Program-made: the position numbers and the translations under genes
The notes under the pieces: model-generated
What the model saw: the letters and a program-made list of their open reading frames with translations, nothing else
What the model was told of the DNA's origin: nothing
Database searches by the model: none
Shown: positions 1 through 11,886 of the stretch, one piece after another
Position numbering within the stretch: the first letter of the stretch is position 1
Layout of the letters: every line of letters begins with the position of its first letter
Source of the DNA: Escherichia coli 042
GTDB lineage: Bacteria > Pseudomonadota > Gammaproteobacteria > Enterobacterales > Enterobacteriaceae
Strand: one strand, 5' to 3'
Length of the DNA stretch: 64,000 nt
Assembly (NCBI RefSeq): GCF_000027125.1
Contig: NC_017626.1

Positions 1-686
1 GTTTTGAACTGGAAGCAATGCTGGAAAAACGTGTAAAACGTCAACTGCTTGATGAAGTGCAGTCTATTTGTCCGCCGCACGTGACTATTATGCAAGTTCG
101 TCAGGGGCTGGCGAAAGGCCTGGGACACGCGGTATTGTGTGCTCACCCGGTAGTGGGTGATAAACCTGTGGCTGTTATTTTGCCTGACGTTATTCTGGAT
201 GAATATGAATCCGATTTGTCACAGGATAACCTGGCAGAGATGATCCGCCGCTTTGATGAAACGGGTCATAGCCAGATCATGGTTGAACCGGTTGCTGATG
301 TGACCGCATATGGCGTTGTGGATTGCAAAGGCGTTGAATTAGCGCCGGGTGAAAGCGTACCGATGGTTGGCGTGGTTGAAAAACCAAAAGCGGATGTTGC
401 GCCGTCTAATCTCGCTATTGTGGGTCGTTACGTACTTAGCGCGGATATTTGGCCGTTGCTGGCAAAAACCCCTCCGGGAGCTGGTGATGAAATTCAGCTC
501 ACCGACGCAATTGATATGCTGATCGAAAAAGAAACGGTGGAAGCCTATCATATGAAAGGGAAGAGCCATGACTGCGGTAATAAATTAGGTTACATGCAGG
601 CCTTCGTTGAATACGGTATTCGTCATAACACCCTTGGCACGGAATTTAAAGCCTGGCTTGAAGAAGAGATGGGCATTAAGAAGTAA
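1..686 (+). CDS. galU: UTP-glucose-1-phosphate uridylyltransferase GalU, 5'-truncated by window edge (C-terminal ~222 aa present)
   Basis: ORF 18..686 continues in frame to window start; sequence recognisable as GalU C-terminus; conserved neighbour of hns. Confidence 0.9.
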   Translation, partial: FELEAMLEKRVKRQLLDEVQSICPPHVTIMQVRQGLAKGLGHAVLCAHPVVGDKPVAVILPDVILDEYESDLSQDNLAEMIRRFDETGHSQIMVEPVADVTAYGVVDCKGVELAPGESVPMVGVVEKPKADVAPSNLAIVGRYVLSADIWPLLAKTPPGAGDEIQLTDAIDMLIEKETVEAYHMKGKSHDCGNKLGYMQAFVEYGIRHNTLGTEFKAWLEEEMGIKK

Positions 687-710
687 CATCCGTATCGGTG
701 TTATCCACGA

Positions 711-742
711 AACGGCGTTGAGTAATCGACGCCGTTTTTTTA
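711..742 (+). terminator. intrinsic terminator downstream of galU
   Basis: GC hairpin aacggcg...cgccgtt followed by T-run. Confidence 0.55.
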
Positions 743-780
743 TAGCTTATTCTTATTAAATTGTCTTAAACCGGACAATA

Positions 781-808
781 AAAAATCCCGCCGATGGCGG
801 GATTTTTA
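781..808 (-). terminator. intrinsic (bidirectional-looking) terminator downstream of hns
   Basis: A-run, hairpin atcccgcc gatg gcgggat, T-run just 3' of hns stop. Confidence 0.6.
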
Positions 809-830
809 AGCAAGTGCAATCTACAAAAGA

Positions 831-1244
831 TTATTGCTTGATCAGGAAATCGTCGAGGGATTTACCTTGCTCATCCATTGCTTTTTTGATTACAGCTGGA
901 GTACGGCCCTGGCCAGTCCAGGTTTTAGTTTCGCCGTTTTCGTCAACGTAGCTATATTTTGCCGGACGCTGAGCACGTTTAGCTTTGGTGCCAGATTTAA
1001 CGGCAGCAAGGCTATTCAGCAGTTCGTTCGGGTCAATACCGTCAGCGATCAGCATTTCGCGATATTGCTGCAGTTTACGAGTGCGCTCTTCAACTTCAGC
1101 AGCAGCCGCGCTTTCTTCTTCGCGACGTTCGTTAACAACAACTTCTAATTTTTCCAGCATTTCTTCCAGCGTTTCAAGTGTACATTCTCTTGCCTGCGCA
1201 CGAAGAGTACGGATGTTGTTCAGAATTTTAAGTGCTTCGCTCAT
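831..1244 (-). CDS. hns: nucleoid protein H-NS (137 aa)
   Basis: full-length ORF, sequence [20 protein letters not shown]... recognised as H-NS. Confidence 0.97.
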
Positions 1245-1847
1245 TGTAGTAATCTCAAACTTATATTGGGGTGGTTTGTTGAGGTAATAATAGAGCCTTA
1301 AATTCAGTTGTGCAATAGCCAGGAATGTAAGGAATTCAAAATTGTTCTTTATTTTGTGCCGCCAATAAATATCTTTTCATAAAATTAGCCAGAAAAGACG
1401 CGGCATATAGCCCTATTTGCGCCGATGATTTCGCAGCACGTGAGGTTAAAACTTCCTGATTCATGTCACATTTTATGGGGAGATTATCGTAGGCTGACGA
1501 CCTTTCAGTCTTCTGTATTAGTCGTGTTTACGAGAATTCCCTATTAAGCGAATGATGAAAAGTAGAACAGTCGCAATAAGAGCAGGGACTTAGTATTGCA
1601 CTATCTCCAGGAGGTCAACAGAGGGCTATTACTTGCGCAACAGGTTAAAGATTGTGAATAGTTACCAGCAGTCATTTACCCGCTTATAACAAGCGAGGCA
1701 GTTGTAATGATAGCTCAGAAGGATTATGCAAGGCTTCGTAAGGGAGAACGCATATACCACTTCTGTGCATACTGTTGAGCTGAAAAACTGACGAATTATG
1801 ATAAACTCCAGCCAACTTTAATTCATATCATTGAGGGCCTGTGGCTG

Positions 1848-2465
1848 ATGGCACAGCTATATTTCTACTATTCCGCAATGAATGCGGGTAAGTCTACAGC
1901 ATTGTTGCAATCTTCATACAATTACCAGGAACGCGGCATGCGCACTGTCGTATATACGGCAGAAATTGATGATCGCTTTGGTGCCGGGAAAGTCAGCTCG
2001 CGTATAGGTTTGTCATCGCCTGCAAAATTATTTAACCAAAATTCATCATTATTTGATGAGATTCGTGCGGAACATGAACAGCAGGCAATTCATTGCGTAC
2101 TGGTTGATGAATGCCAGTTTTTAACCAGACAACAAGTATATGAATTATCGGAGGTTGTCGATCAACTCGATATACCCGTACTTTGTTATGGTTTACGTAC
2201 CGATTTTCGAGGTGAGTTATTTATTGGCAGCCAATACTTACTGGCATGGTCCGACAAACTGGTTGAATTAAAAACCATCTGTTTTTGTGGCCGCAAAGCA
2301 AGCATGGTGCTGCGTCTTGATCAAGCAGGCAGACCTTATAACGAAGGTGAGCAGGTGGTTATTGGTGGTAATGAACGCTACGTTTCTGTATGCCGTAAAC
2401 ACTATAAAGAAGCGTTAGAAGTCGGCTCATTAACGGCTATTCAGGAAAGGCATCGCCACGATTAA
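1848..2465 (+). CDS. tdk: thymidine kinase (205 aa)
   Basis: ORF with P-loop NAGKST and C-terminal Cys zinc motif; matches Tdk. Confidence 0.95.
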
Positions 2466-2706
2466 TAAGAATTTCTTTACTGACAGGGTGAGCAGGGCGC
2501 TTTTATCCTGTCAGTTCGTTTTACTCACTTCATCCGGTGTATATACCCTTCTCGACAGTTCTTTAACGCCACTATACCCCTCACAGAGCGCTTTTACAGT
2601 GACGTTGACTTGTGACCTGTAAAGTACAATATCGCTGTGTGTAGGCGTTATACATCGCCGTAAATATGATGAAGGCAAATGCTGTCGGTTTATGGGAAAG
2701 TTGCTT

Positions 2707-2748
2707 TGGGTAAAAAAAACGGCCCCAGAAGGGACCGTTTATGTTGCC
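2707..2748 (-). terminator. intrinsic terminator downstream of adhE
   Basis: hairpin followed by T-run on minus strand immediately 3' of adhE stop. Confidence 0.5.
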
Positions 2749-2763
2749 AGACAGCGCTACTGA

Positions 2764-5439
2764 TTAAGCGGATTTCTTCGCTTTTTTCTCAGCTTTAGCC
2801 GGAGCGGCTTCTTTTTTCGCTGCAGTTTCACCTTCTACATAATCACGACCGTAGTAGGTATCCAGCAGAATCTGTTTCAGCTCGGAGATCAGTGGGTAAC
2901 GCGGGTTAGCGCCGGTGCACTGGTCATCGAATGCATCTTCAGACAGTTTATCCACATTCGCCAGGAAGTCTGCTTCCTGAACGCCAGCTTCACGGATAGA
3001 TTTCGGAATACCCAATTCAGCTTTCAGCGTTTCCAGCCATGCCAGCAGTTTCTCGATCTTAGCAGCAGTACGGTCGCCCGGTGCGCTCAGACCCAGGTGG
3101 TCAGCAATTTCAGCATAACGACGGCGAGCCTGCGGACGGTCATACTGGCTGAATGCAGTCTGCTTGGTCGGGTTGTCGTTCGCGTTGTAGCGAATAACGT
3201 TACAAATCAGCAGGGCGTTTGCCAGACCGTGCGGAATATGGAACTGGGAACCCAGTTTGTGCGCCATTGAGTGACATACACCCAGGAAGGCGTTCGCAAA
3301 CGCGATACCCGCGATAGTTGCTGCACTGTGAACACGTTCACGCGCTACCGGATTTTTAGATCCTTCGTGGTAGGACGCTGGCAGATATTCTTTCAGCAGT
3401 TTCAGCGCCTGCAGAGCCTGACCATCAGAGAACTCAGATGCCAGTACAGAAACATAAGCTTCCATGGCGTGAGTTACTGCGTCCAGACCACCGAAAGCAC
3501 ACAGGGACTTCGGCATGTCCATAACCAGGTTGGCATCGACAATCGCCATATCCGGGGTCAGCGCATAGTCTGCCAGCGGATATTTCTGACCAGTAGCGTC
3601 GTCAGTTACAACCGCAAACGGAGTGACTTCAGAACCTGTACCAGAAGTGGTGGTGACAGCGATCATTTTCGCTTTCACGCCCATTTTCGGGAACTTGTAG
3701 ATACGTTTACGGATATCCATAAAGCGCAGCGCCAGTTCTTCGAAGTGAGTTTCCGGATGTTCGTACATGACCCACATGATCTTCGCGGCGTCCATCGGGG
3801 AACCACCACCCAGCGCGATAATCACGTCTGGTTTGAAGGAGTTTGCCAGTTCTGCACCTTTACGAACGATGCTCAGGGTCGGGTCAGCTTCTACTTCGAA
3901 GAAGACTTCAGTTTCAACGCCTGCTGCTTTCAGTACGGAAGTGATCTGATCAGCATAACCATTGTTGAACAGGAAGCGGTCAGTCACGATGAGCGCACGT
4001 TTGTGGCCATCAGTAATCACTTCATCCAGCGCGATTGGCAGGGAGCCACGGCGGAAGTAGATAGATTTCGGAAGTTTGTGCCACAACATGTTTTCAGCTC
4101 GCTTAGCAACGGTTTTCTTGTTGATCAGGTGTTTCGGACCAACGTTTTCAGAGATGGAGTTACCACCCCAGGAACCACAACCCAGAGTCAGGGAAGGTGC
4201 GAGTTTGAAGTTATACAGGTCACCGATACCACCCTGAGAAGCCGGGGTGTTAATCAGGATACGAGCCGTTTTCATTTTCTGACCGAAGTAAGAAACGCGA
4301 GCCGGTTGGTTATCCTGGTCAGTGTACAGGCAAGAGGTATGACCGATACCGCCCATAGCAACCAGTTTCTCTGCTTTTTCTACCGCGTCTTCGAAATCTT
4401 TAGCGCGGTACATTGCCAGAGTCGGGGACAGTTTTTCATGTGCGAACGGTTCGCTTTCATCAACAACGGTCACTTCACCGATCAGAATCTTGGTGTTTTC
4501 TGGTACAGAGAAGCCTGCCAGTTCAGCAATTTTATAGGCTGGCTGACCAACGATAGCCGCGTTCAGCGCACCGTTTTTCAGGATAACGTCCTGAACAGCT
4601 TTCAGCTCTTTACCCTGCAACAGATAGCCGCCGTGGGTTGCGAAACGTTCACGTACTGCGTCATAAACAGAGTCAACAACAACAACAGACTGTTCAGAAG
4701 CACAGATTACGCCGTTGTCGAAGGTTTTGGACATCAGTACAGATGCAACTGCACGTTTGATATCAGCAGTTTCATCGATAACAACTGGAGTGTTGCCCGC
4801 GCCTACACCGATAGCTGGTTTACCGGAGCTGTATGCGGCTTTAACCATGCCCGGACCACCAGTCGCGAGGATCAGGTTGATGTCTGGGTGGTGCATCAGT
4901 GCGTTAGACAGTTCAACAGAAGGTTGATCGATCCAGCCGATCAGATCTTTCGGAGCACCGGCAGCGATAGCAGCCTGCAGAACGATATCAGCTGCTTTGT
5001 TGGTGGCATCTTTTGCTCGCGGGTGCGGGGAGAAGATAATGGCGTTACGGGTCTTCAGGCTGATCAGCGATTTGAAGATAGCAGTTGAAGTCGGGTTAGT
5101 GGTCGGAACGATACCGCAAATAATACCGATTGGTTCAGCGATAGTGATGGTACCAAAAGTGTCGTCTTCAGACAGAACACCACAGGTTTTTTCATCTTTA
5201 TAGGCGTTATAGATATATTCAGAAGCAAAGTGGTTTTTGATCACTTTATCTTCGACGATACCCATGCCGGATTCGGCAACGGCCATTTTCGCGAGTGGGA
5301 TTCGAGCATCTGCAGCAGCCAGAGCGGCGGCGCGGAAGATTTTGTCTACTTGCTCTTGAGTGAAACTGGCATATTCACGCTGGGCTTTTTTTACACGCTC
5401 TACGAGTGCGTTAAGTTCAGCGACATTAGTAACAGCCAT
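2764..5439 (-). CDS. adhE: bifunctional aldehyde/alcohol dehydrogenase AdhE (891 aa)
   Basis: 891-aa ORF, recognisable AdhE sequence. Confidence 0.97.
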
Positions 5440-5915
5440 AATGCTCTCCTGATAATGTTAAACTTTTTTAGTAAATCATCTGCTCGAATACGAGAGTATA
5501 GTCAGTGCGGTGATGATTTGCTTAACCGATGAAAATCAAAAGCTTACTCGCGCTCACACTCACTGTGATTTACTAAAAGAGTTTAAACATTAGAGTTATT
5601 ATCTCTAATGCGTCACTTCCAGGTGGCGTAAGCAAGATTACTCACTTCTGGGTACTGATTACGTGATCCAAATCAAATTTTTGCAAAGCTGACACCTTTC
5701 AGCATCGCTTTTCGCCATTATAGCTAACAGTTAATAAATTGTAGTATGATTTGTTGGCTACATTATCATGTTTTGCACAACCAGATAACAATAACGAATG
5801 ATAGCAATTTTAAGTAGTTAGGAGGTGAAAAATGCTGTCAAAAGGCGTATTGTCAGCGCGTCTTTTTAACCTTATTTATGGCTAACATTATCCGGCTTTT
5901 GCTTCGGAGCTAACC

Positions 5916-6563
5916 GTGATTCAGACCCTTTTTGATTTTCCCGTTTACTTCAAATTTTTCATCGGGTTATTTGCGCTGGTCAACCCGGTAGGGATTATTC
6001 CCGTCTTTATCAGCATGACCAGTTATCAGACAGCGGCAGCGCGAAACAAAACTAACCTTACAGCCAACCTGTCTGTGGCCATTATCTTGTGGATCTCGCT
6101 TTTTCTCGGCGACACGATTCTGCAACTTTTTGGTATATCAATTGATTCGTTCCGTATCGCCGGGGGCATCCTGGTGGTGACGATAGCGATGTCGATGATC
6201 AGCGGCAAGCTTGGCGAGGATAAACAGAACAAGCAAGAAAAATCAGAAACCGCGGTACGTGAAAGCATTGGTGTGGTGCCACTGGCGTTGCCGTTGATGG
6301 CGGGGCCAGGGGCGATCAGTTCTACCATCGTCTGGGGTACGCGTTATCACAGCATTAGCTATCTGTTTGGTTTCTTTGTGGCTATTGCATTGTTCGCTTT
6401 ATGTTGCTGGGGATTGTTCCGCATGGCACCGTGGCTGGTACGGGTTTTACGCCAAACCGGCATCAACGTGATCACGCGTATTATGGGGCTATTGCTGATG
6501 GCATTGGGGATTGAATTTATCGTTACTGGTATTAAGGGGATTTTCCCCGGCCTGCTTAATTAA
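5916..6563 (+). CDS. ychE: MarC-family inner membrane protein YchE (215 aa)
   Basis: hydrophobic multi-TM ORF, GTG start; conserved position between adhE and oppA. Confidence 0.85.
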   Translation: MIQTLFDFPVYFKFFIGLFALVNPVGIIPVFISMTSYQTAAARNKTNLTANLSVAIILWISLFLGDTILQLFGISIDSFRIAGGILVVTIAMSMISGKLGEDKQNKQEKSETAVRESIGVVPLALPLMAGPGAISSTIVWGTRYHSISYLFGFFVAIALFALCCWGLFRMAPWLVRVLRQTGINVITRIMGLLLMALGIEFIVTGIKGIFPGLLN

Positions 6564-7300
6564 TTCCTTTCAAATGAAACGGAGCTGTCATGCTCCGTTT
6601 ACTTCGTCATTATTTTTACTTTGTTCCCGCGCAGTTATCAAAAGCAAAAGGAATGGGTGAAAATATTCTTCTCAAATTACAGTTGGTTATAAGGATTTCC
6701 TTAACTGCTTCTCCTCACCATCATGTTATTTTCGCCACATCATAATCCTGGGCTTGCTGAAGAATAATTGAAATGATATTAGTAATTCCACTGCTTTTGG
6801 TAGAGGAAAGTGCTAAATAATAATCAATTGTTAAATTATTGTGCATTTCACTACTGGAACTGTAATCAGAAAAGAGAGACATGCTTAACCAATCTCTATT
6901 TGATTGAATTAAAAGATGTTTGTTAAGACATGGATGCAAGCTATAGATTCTGATACGGTCAATAAAAGAGAATTGCTTAACAATTTTGCAAAATGTATTG
7001 GCGAGTAAGAAGCGCATTTGGTACTTTCCGGGCAACCGCCAGACGATTCTTTATTGGTAATGAGAATAATTAACAATTAAAGAGCGTCGCGAAAGAATAA
7101 TGTGTCTCGACAGGGGAGACACAGTACGAATCGACATAAGGTGATCGTCTGAATCACCAGAATAAATAAAGTCGGTGATAGTAATACGTAACGATAAAGT
7201 AACCTGACAGCAGAAAGTCTCCGAGCCTGTGCAGGGTCCCAATCCGGGATTACACATGCTGGTTAATACCAGTAATTATAATGAGGGAGTCCAAAAAACA

Positions 7301-8932
7301 ATGACCAACATCACCAAGAGAAGTTTAGTAGCAGCTGGCGTTCTGGCTGCGCTTATGGCAGGGAATGTCGCGCTGGCAGCTGATGTACCCGCAGGCGTCA
7401 CACTGGCGGAAAAACAAACGCTGGTACGTAACAATGGTTCAGAAGTTCAGTCATTAGATCCGCACAAAATTGAAGGTGTTCCGGAGTCTAATATCAGCCG
7501 AGACCTGTTTGAAGGCTTACTGGTCAGCGATCTTGACGGCCATCCGGCACCTGGCGTCGCTGAATCCTGGGATAATAAAGATGCGAAAGTCTGGACCTTC
7601 CATTTGCGTAAAGATGCGAAATGGTCTGATGGCACGCCAGTCACAGCCCAAGACTTTGTGTATAGCTGGCAACGTTCTGTTGATCCGAACACCGCTTCTC
7701 CGTATGCCAGTTATCTGCAATATGGGCATATCGCCGGTATTGATGAAATTCTTGAAGGGAAAAAACCGATTACCGATCTCGGCGTGAAAGCTATTGATGA
7801 TCACACATTAGAAGTCACCTTAAGTGAACCCGTTCCGTACTTCTATAAATTACTTGTTCACCCGTCAACTTCACCGGTGCCAAAAGCCGCTATCGAGAAA
7901 TTCGGCGAAAAATGGACCCAGCCTGGTAATATCGTCACCAACGGTGCCTATACCTTAAAAGATTGGGTCGTAAATGAACGAATCGTTCTTGAACGCAGCC
8001 CGACCTACTGGAACAACGCGAAAACCGTTATTAACCAGGTAACCTATTTGCCTATTGCTTCTGAAGTTACCGATGTCAATCGCTACCGTAGTGGTGAAAT
8101 CGACATGACTTATAACAACATGCCGATCGAATTGTTCCAGAAGCTGAAAAAAGAGATCCCGGACGAAGTTCACGTTGATCCATACCTGTGCACTTATTAT
8201 TACGAAATTAACAACCAGAAACCGCCATTTAACGATGTACGTGTGCGTACCGCACTGAAACTGGGTATGGACCGCGATATCATTGTTAATAAAGTGAAAG
8301 CGCAGGGCGACATGCCCGCCTATGGTTACACTCCACCGTATACTGATGGCGCAAAATTGACTCAGCCGGAATGGTTTGGCTGGAGCCAGGAAAAACGTAA
8401 CGAAGAAGCGAAAAAACTGCTGGCTGAAGCGGGTTATACCGCAGACAAACCGTTAACCATCAACCTGTTGTATAACACCTCCGATCTGCATAAAAAGCTG
8501 GCGATTGCAGCCTCTTCATTGTGGAAGAAAAACATTGGTGTAAACGTCAAACTGGTTAACCAGGAGTGGAAAACGTTCCTCGACACCCGTCACCAGGGCA
8601 CTTTTGATGTGGCCCGTGCAGGCTGGTGTGCAGACTACAACGAACCAACTTCCTTCCTGAACACCATGCTGTCGAACAGCTCGATGAATACCGCGCATTA
8701 TAAGAGCCCGGCCTTTGACAGCATTATGGCGGAAACGCTGAAAGCGACTGACGAGGCGCAGCGCACAGCTCTGTACACTAAAGCAGAACAACAGCTGGAT
8801 AAGGATTCGGCCATTGTTCCTGTTTATTACTACGTGAATGCGCGTCTGGTGAAACCGTGGGTTGGTGGCTATACCGGCAAAGATCCGCTGGATAATACCT
8901 ACACCCGGAATATGTACATTGTGAAGCACTAA
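7301..8932 (+). CDS. oppA: periplasmic oligopeptide-binding protein OppA (543 aa, start at internal ATG of listed ORF)
   Basis: signal peptide MTNITKRSLVAAGVLAALMAGNVALA; SBP family 5; first gene of opp operon. Confidence 0.95.
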   Translation: MTNITKRSLVAAGVLAALMAGNVALAADVPAGVTLAEKQTLVRNNGSEVQSLDPHKIEGVPESNISRDLFEGLLVSDLDGHPAPGVAESWDNKDAKVWTFHLRKDAKWSDGTPVTAQDFVYSWQRSVDPNTASPYASYLQYGHIAGIDEILEGKKPITDLGVKAIDDHTLEVTLSEPVPYFYKLLVHPSTSPVPKAAIEKFGEKWTQPGNIVTNGAYTLKDWVVNERIVLERSPTYWNNAKTVINQVTYLPIASEVTDVNRYRSGEIDMTYNNMPIELFQKLKKEIPDEVHVDPYLCTYYYEINNQKPPFNDVRVRTALKLGMDRDIIVNKVKAQGDMPAYGYTPPYTDGAKLTQPEWFGWSQEKRNEEAKKLLAEAGYTADKPLTINLLYNTSDLHKKLAIAASSLWKKNIGVNVKLVNQEWKTFLDTRHQGTFDVARAGWCADYNEPTSFLNTMLSNSSMNTAHYKSPAFDSIMAETLKATDEAQRTALYTKAEQQLDKDSAIVPVYYYVNARLVKPWVGGYTGKDPLDNTYTRNMYIVKH

Positions 8933-9017
8933 TGGCAATACGTGGGGCAGGCGTGTCCTGCTCCACGGTGTCTGATTTTTATCGCATTACAGAAGGCACA
9001 GGCCAGAAGGTAGGGCA

Positions 9018-9938
9018 ATGTTAAAATTTATTCTACGTCGCTGTCTGGAAGCGATTCCGACGCTATTTATTCTTATTACTATTTCGTTCTTCATGATGCG
9101 CCTCGCGCCGGGAAGCCCTTTTACCGGCGAACGTACTTTACCGCCAGAAGTGATGGCCAATATCGAAGCGAAATATCATCTTAATGATCCGATCATGACA
9201 CAGTATTTCAGCTACCTGAAACAACTGGCGCATGGCGATTTCGGTCCATCGTTTAAATATAAAGATTATTCGGTCAACGACCTGGTTGCATCCAGTTTTC
9301 CCGTTTCTGCCAAACTGGGAGCCGCAGCATTTTTCCTTGCGGTAATACTGGGTGTTAGTGCTGGCGTTATTGCAGCATTAAAACAAAACACCAAATGGGA
9401 CTATACCGTGATGGGGCTGGCAATGACCGGGGTTGTTATCCCCAGTTTTGTGGTTGCGCCATTATTAGTCATGATATTTGCGATCATTTTGCATTGGCTG
9501 CCGGGCGGTGGCTGGAATGGTGGTGCGCTTAAATTCATGATATTGCCGATGGTGGCGTTGTCACTCGCCTATATCGCCAGTATTGCGCGCATTACCCGTG
9601 GCTCTATGATTGAGGTTTTACACTCCAACTTTATTCGTACTGCCCGGGCGAAAGGGTTACCTATGCGGCGGATCATTTTACGCCACGCATTAAAACCTGC
9701 TCTGTTACCCGTGCTCTCCTATATGGGCCCCGCATTTGTCGGCATTATTACCGGTTCTATGGTTATCGAAACCATTTATGGTTTGCCGGGGATTGGGCAA
9801 CTGTTCGTTAATGGCGCATTGAACCGTGACTATTCCTTAGTGTTAAGCCTGACTATCCTGGTTGGTGCGTTAACCATTTTGTTTAATGCCATTGTCGATG
9901 TGCTATATGCGGTTATCGACCCGAAAATCCGTTACTGA
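9018..9938 (+). CDS. oppB: oligopeptide ABC permease OppB
   Basis: 306-aa multi-TM ORF, operon position. Confidence 0.95.
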   Translation: MLKFILRRCLEAIPTLFILITISFFMMRLAPGSPFTGERTLPPEVMANIEAKYHLNDPIMTQYFSYLKQLAHGDFGPSFKYKDYSVNDLVASSFPVSAKLGAAAFFLAVILGVSAGVIAALKQNTKWDYTVMGLAMTGVVIPSFVVAPLLVMIFAIILHWLPGGGWNGGALKFMILPMVALSLAYIASIARITRGSMIEVLHSNFIRTARAKGLPMRRIILRHALKPALLPVLSYMGPAFVGIITGSMVIETIYGLPGIGQLFVNGALNRDYSLVLSLTILVGALTILFNAIVDVLYAVIDPKIRY

Positions 9939-9952
9939 TACTGGAGCTCGCG

Positions 9953-10861
9953 ATGATGTTAAGTAAGAAAAACAGCGAGACGCTGGAAAATTTCAGTGAA
10001 AAGCTGGAGGTCGAAGGGCGCAGCTTGTGGCAGGACGCACGTCGACGTTTTATGCATAACCGTGCGGCGGTTGCCAGTCTGATAGTGCTGGTGCTAATCG
10101 CGTTATTTGTCATCCTGGCACCGATGCTTTCGCAGTTTGCCTATGACGATACTGACTGGGCGATGATGTCCAGCGCCCCAGATATGGAGTCCGGTCACTA
10201 CTTTGGTACTGACTCATCCGGTCGCGACCTGCTTGTGCGTGTTGCGATTGGCGGGCGTATCTCACTCATGGTCGGTGTTGCTGCGGCACTGGTGGCTGTG
10301 GTCGTCGGGACACTTTATGGTTCGCTTTCCGGTTATCTGGGCGGTAAAGTGGATTCGGTAATGATGCGTCTGCTGGAAATCCTCAACTCCTTCCCATTCA
10401 TGTTCTTCGTCATTTTGCTGGTGACCTTTTTCGGTCAAAACATCCTGCTGATTTTCGTGGCGATAGGCATGGTTTCCTGGCTGGATATGGCTCGTATTGT
10501 GCGTGGGCAAACCCTGAGTCTGAAGCGTAAAGAGTTTATTGAGGCGGCACAAGTTGGCGGTGTATCGACGCCGGGCATTGTTATTCGCCACATTGTACCG
10601 AACGTACTCGGTGTGGTGGTGGTCTACGCATCGCTACTGGTGCCCAGCATGATCCTCTTTGAATCTTTCCTTAGCTTCCTGGGGTTGGGGACGCAAGAGC
10701 CGTTAAGCAGCTGGGGCGCATTGCTGAGTGATGGCGCGAACTCGATGGAAGTCTCTCCATGGTTACTGTTGTTCCCAGCGGGATTCCTCGTGGTGACGCT
10801 ATTTTGTTTCAACTTTATCGGCGATGGCTTGCGTGATGCCCTCGACCCGAAAGATCGTTAA
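9953..10861 (+). CDS. oppC: oligopeptide ABC permease OppC
   Basis: 302-aa multi-TM ORF, operon position. Confidence 0.95.
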   Translation: MMLSKKNSETLENFSEKLEVEGRSLWQDARRRFMHNRAAVASLIVLVLIALFVILAPMLSQFAYDDTDWAMMSSAPDMESGHYFGTDSSGRDLLVRVAIGGRISLMVGVAAALVAVVVGTLYGSLSGYLGGKVDSVMMRLLEILNSFPFMFFVILLVTFFGQNILLIFVAIGMVSWLDMARIVRGQTLSLKRKEFIEAAQVGGVSTPGIVIRHIVPNVLGVVVVYASLLVPSMILFESFLSFLGLGTQEPLSSWGALLSDGANSMEVSPWLLLFPAGFLVVTLFCFNFIGDGLRDALDPKDR

Positions 10862-10872
10862 GGAGTGCAGCC

Positions 10873-11886
10873 ATGAGCGTAATTGAAACTGCAACTGTGC
10901 CGCTCGCACAACAACAGGCTGACGCACTGCTGAACGTGAAAGATTTGCGTGTCACCTTTTGTACCCCGGACGGCGACGTCACGGCGGTCAATGATTTGAA
11001 TTTTTCCCTACGTGCCGGAGAAACGCTGGGCATTGTAGGTGAGTCTGGTTCGGGTAAATCGCAAACTGCATTTGCGTTGATGGGCCTGTTGGCTGCCAAC
11101 GGACGTATTGGCGGATCGGCAACCTTCAATGGGCGTGAAATCCTCAATTTGCCAGAGCGTGAACTCAATAAACTGCGCGCTGAACAAATCTCAATGATTT
11201 TTCAGGACCCAATGACTTCGTTGAATCCCTATATGCGTGTCGGTGAGCAGTTGATGGAAGTGCTGATGCTGCATAAGAACATGAGCAAAGCTGAGGCGTT
11301 TGAAGAGTCGGTGCGGATGCTCGATGCGGTAAAAATGCCGGAAGCGCGTAAACGCATGAAAATGTACCCGCATGAATTTTCTGGTGGCATGCGTCAGCGA
11401 GTCATGATTGCGATGGCATTGCTATGTCGACCTAAGCTGCTGATTGCTGATGAACCCACTACTGCGCTGGACGTCACCGTACAGGCGCAGATCATGACTC
11501 TATTGAATGAACTGAAGCGGGAATTTAATACCGCCATCATTATGATCACCCACGATCTTGGCGTGGTGGCGGGGATCTGCGACAAAGTGCTGGTAATGTA
11601 CGCCGGGCGCACGATGGAATATGGCAACGCGCGCGATGTCTTTTATCAACCCGTTCATCCTTATTCTATCGGTTTACTCAACGCGGTGCCGCGTCTCGAT
11701 GCGGAAGGTGAAACAATGTTGACCATCCCGGGTAATCCGCCAAACTTGCTGCGATTACCGAAAGGTTGCCCGTTCCAGCCACGTTGTCCACATGCGATGG
11801 AAATTTGTAGTAGCGCACCGCCGCTGGAAGAGTTTACGCCTGGCCGTCTGCGTGCTTGCTTTAAACCGGTGGAGGAACTGTTATGA
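10873..11886 (+). CDS. oppD: oligopeptide ABC ATPase OppD
   Basis: Walker A GESGSGKS, ABC signature, Walker B. Confidence 0.95.
   Translation: MSVIETATVPLAQQQADALLNVKDLRVTFCTPDGDVTAVNDLNFSLRAGETLGIVGESGSGKSQTAFALMGLLAANGRIGGSATFNGREILNLPERELNKLRAEQISMIFQDPMTSLNPYMRVGEQLMEVLMLHKNMSKAEAFEESVRMLDAVKMPEARKRMKMYPHEFSGGMRQRVMIAMALLCRPKLLIADEPTTALDVTVQAQIMTLLNELKREFNTAIIMITHDLGVVAGICDKVLVMYAGRTMEYGNARDVFYQPVHPYSIGLLNAVPRLDAEGETMLTIPGNPPNLLRLPKGCPFQPRCPHAMEICSSAPPLEEFTPGRLRACFKPVEELL

Noticed and set aside
3271-5088. 605-aa ORF on the plus strand inside adhE
   Set aside because: Antisense shadow of the highly expressed adhE gene; Cys/Arg/Phe-rich non-protein-like composition and no RBS.
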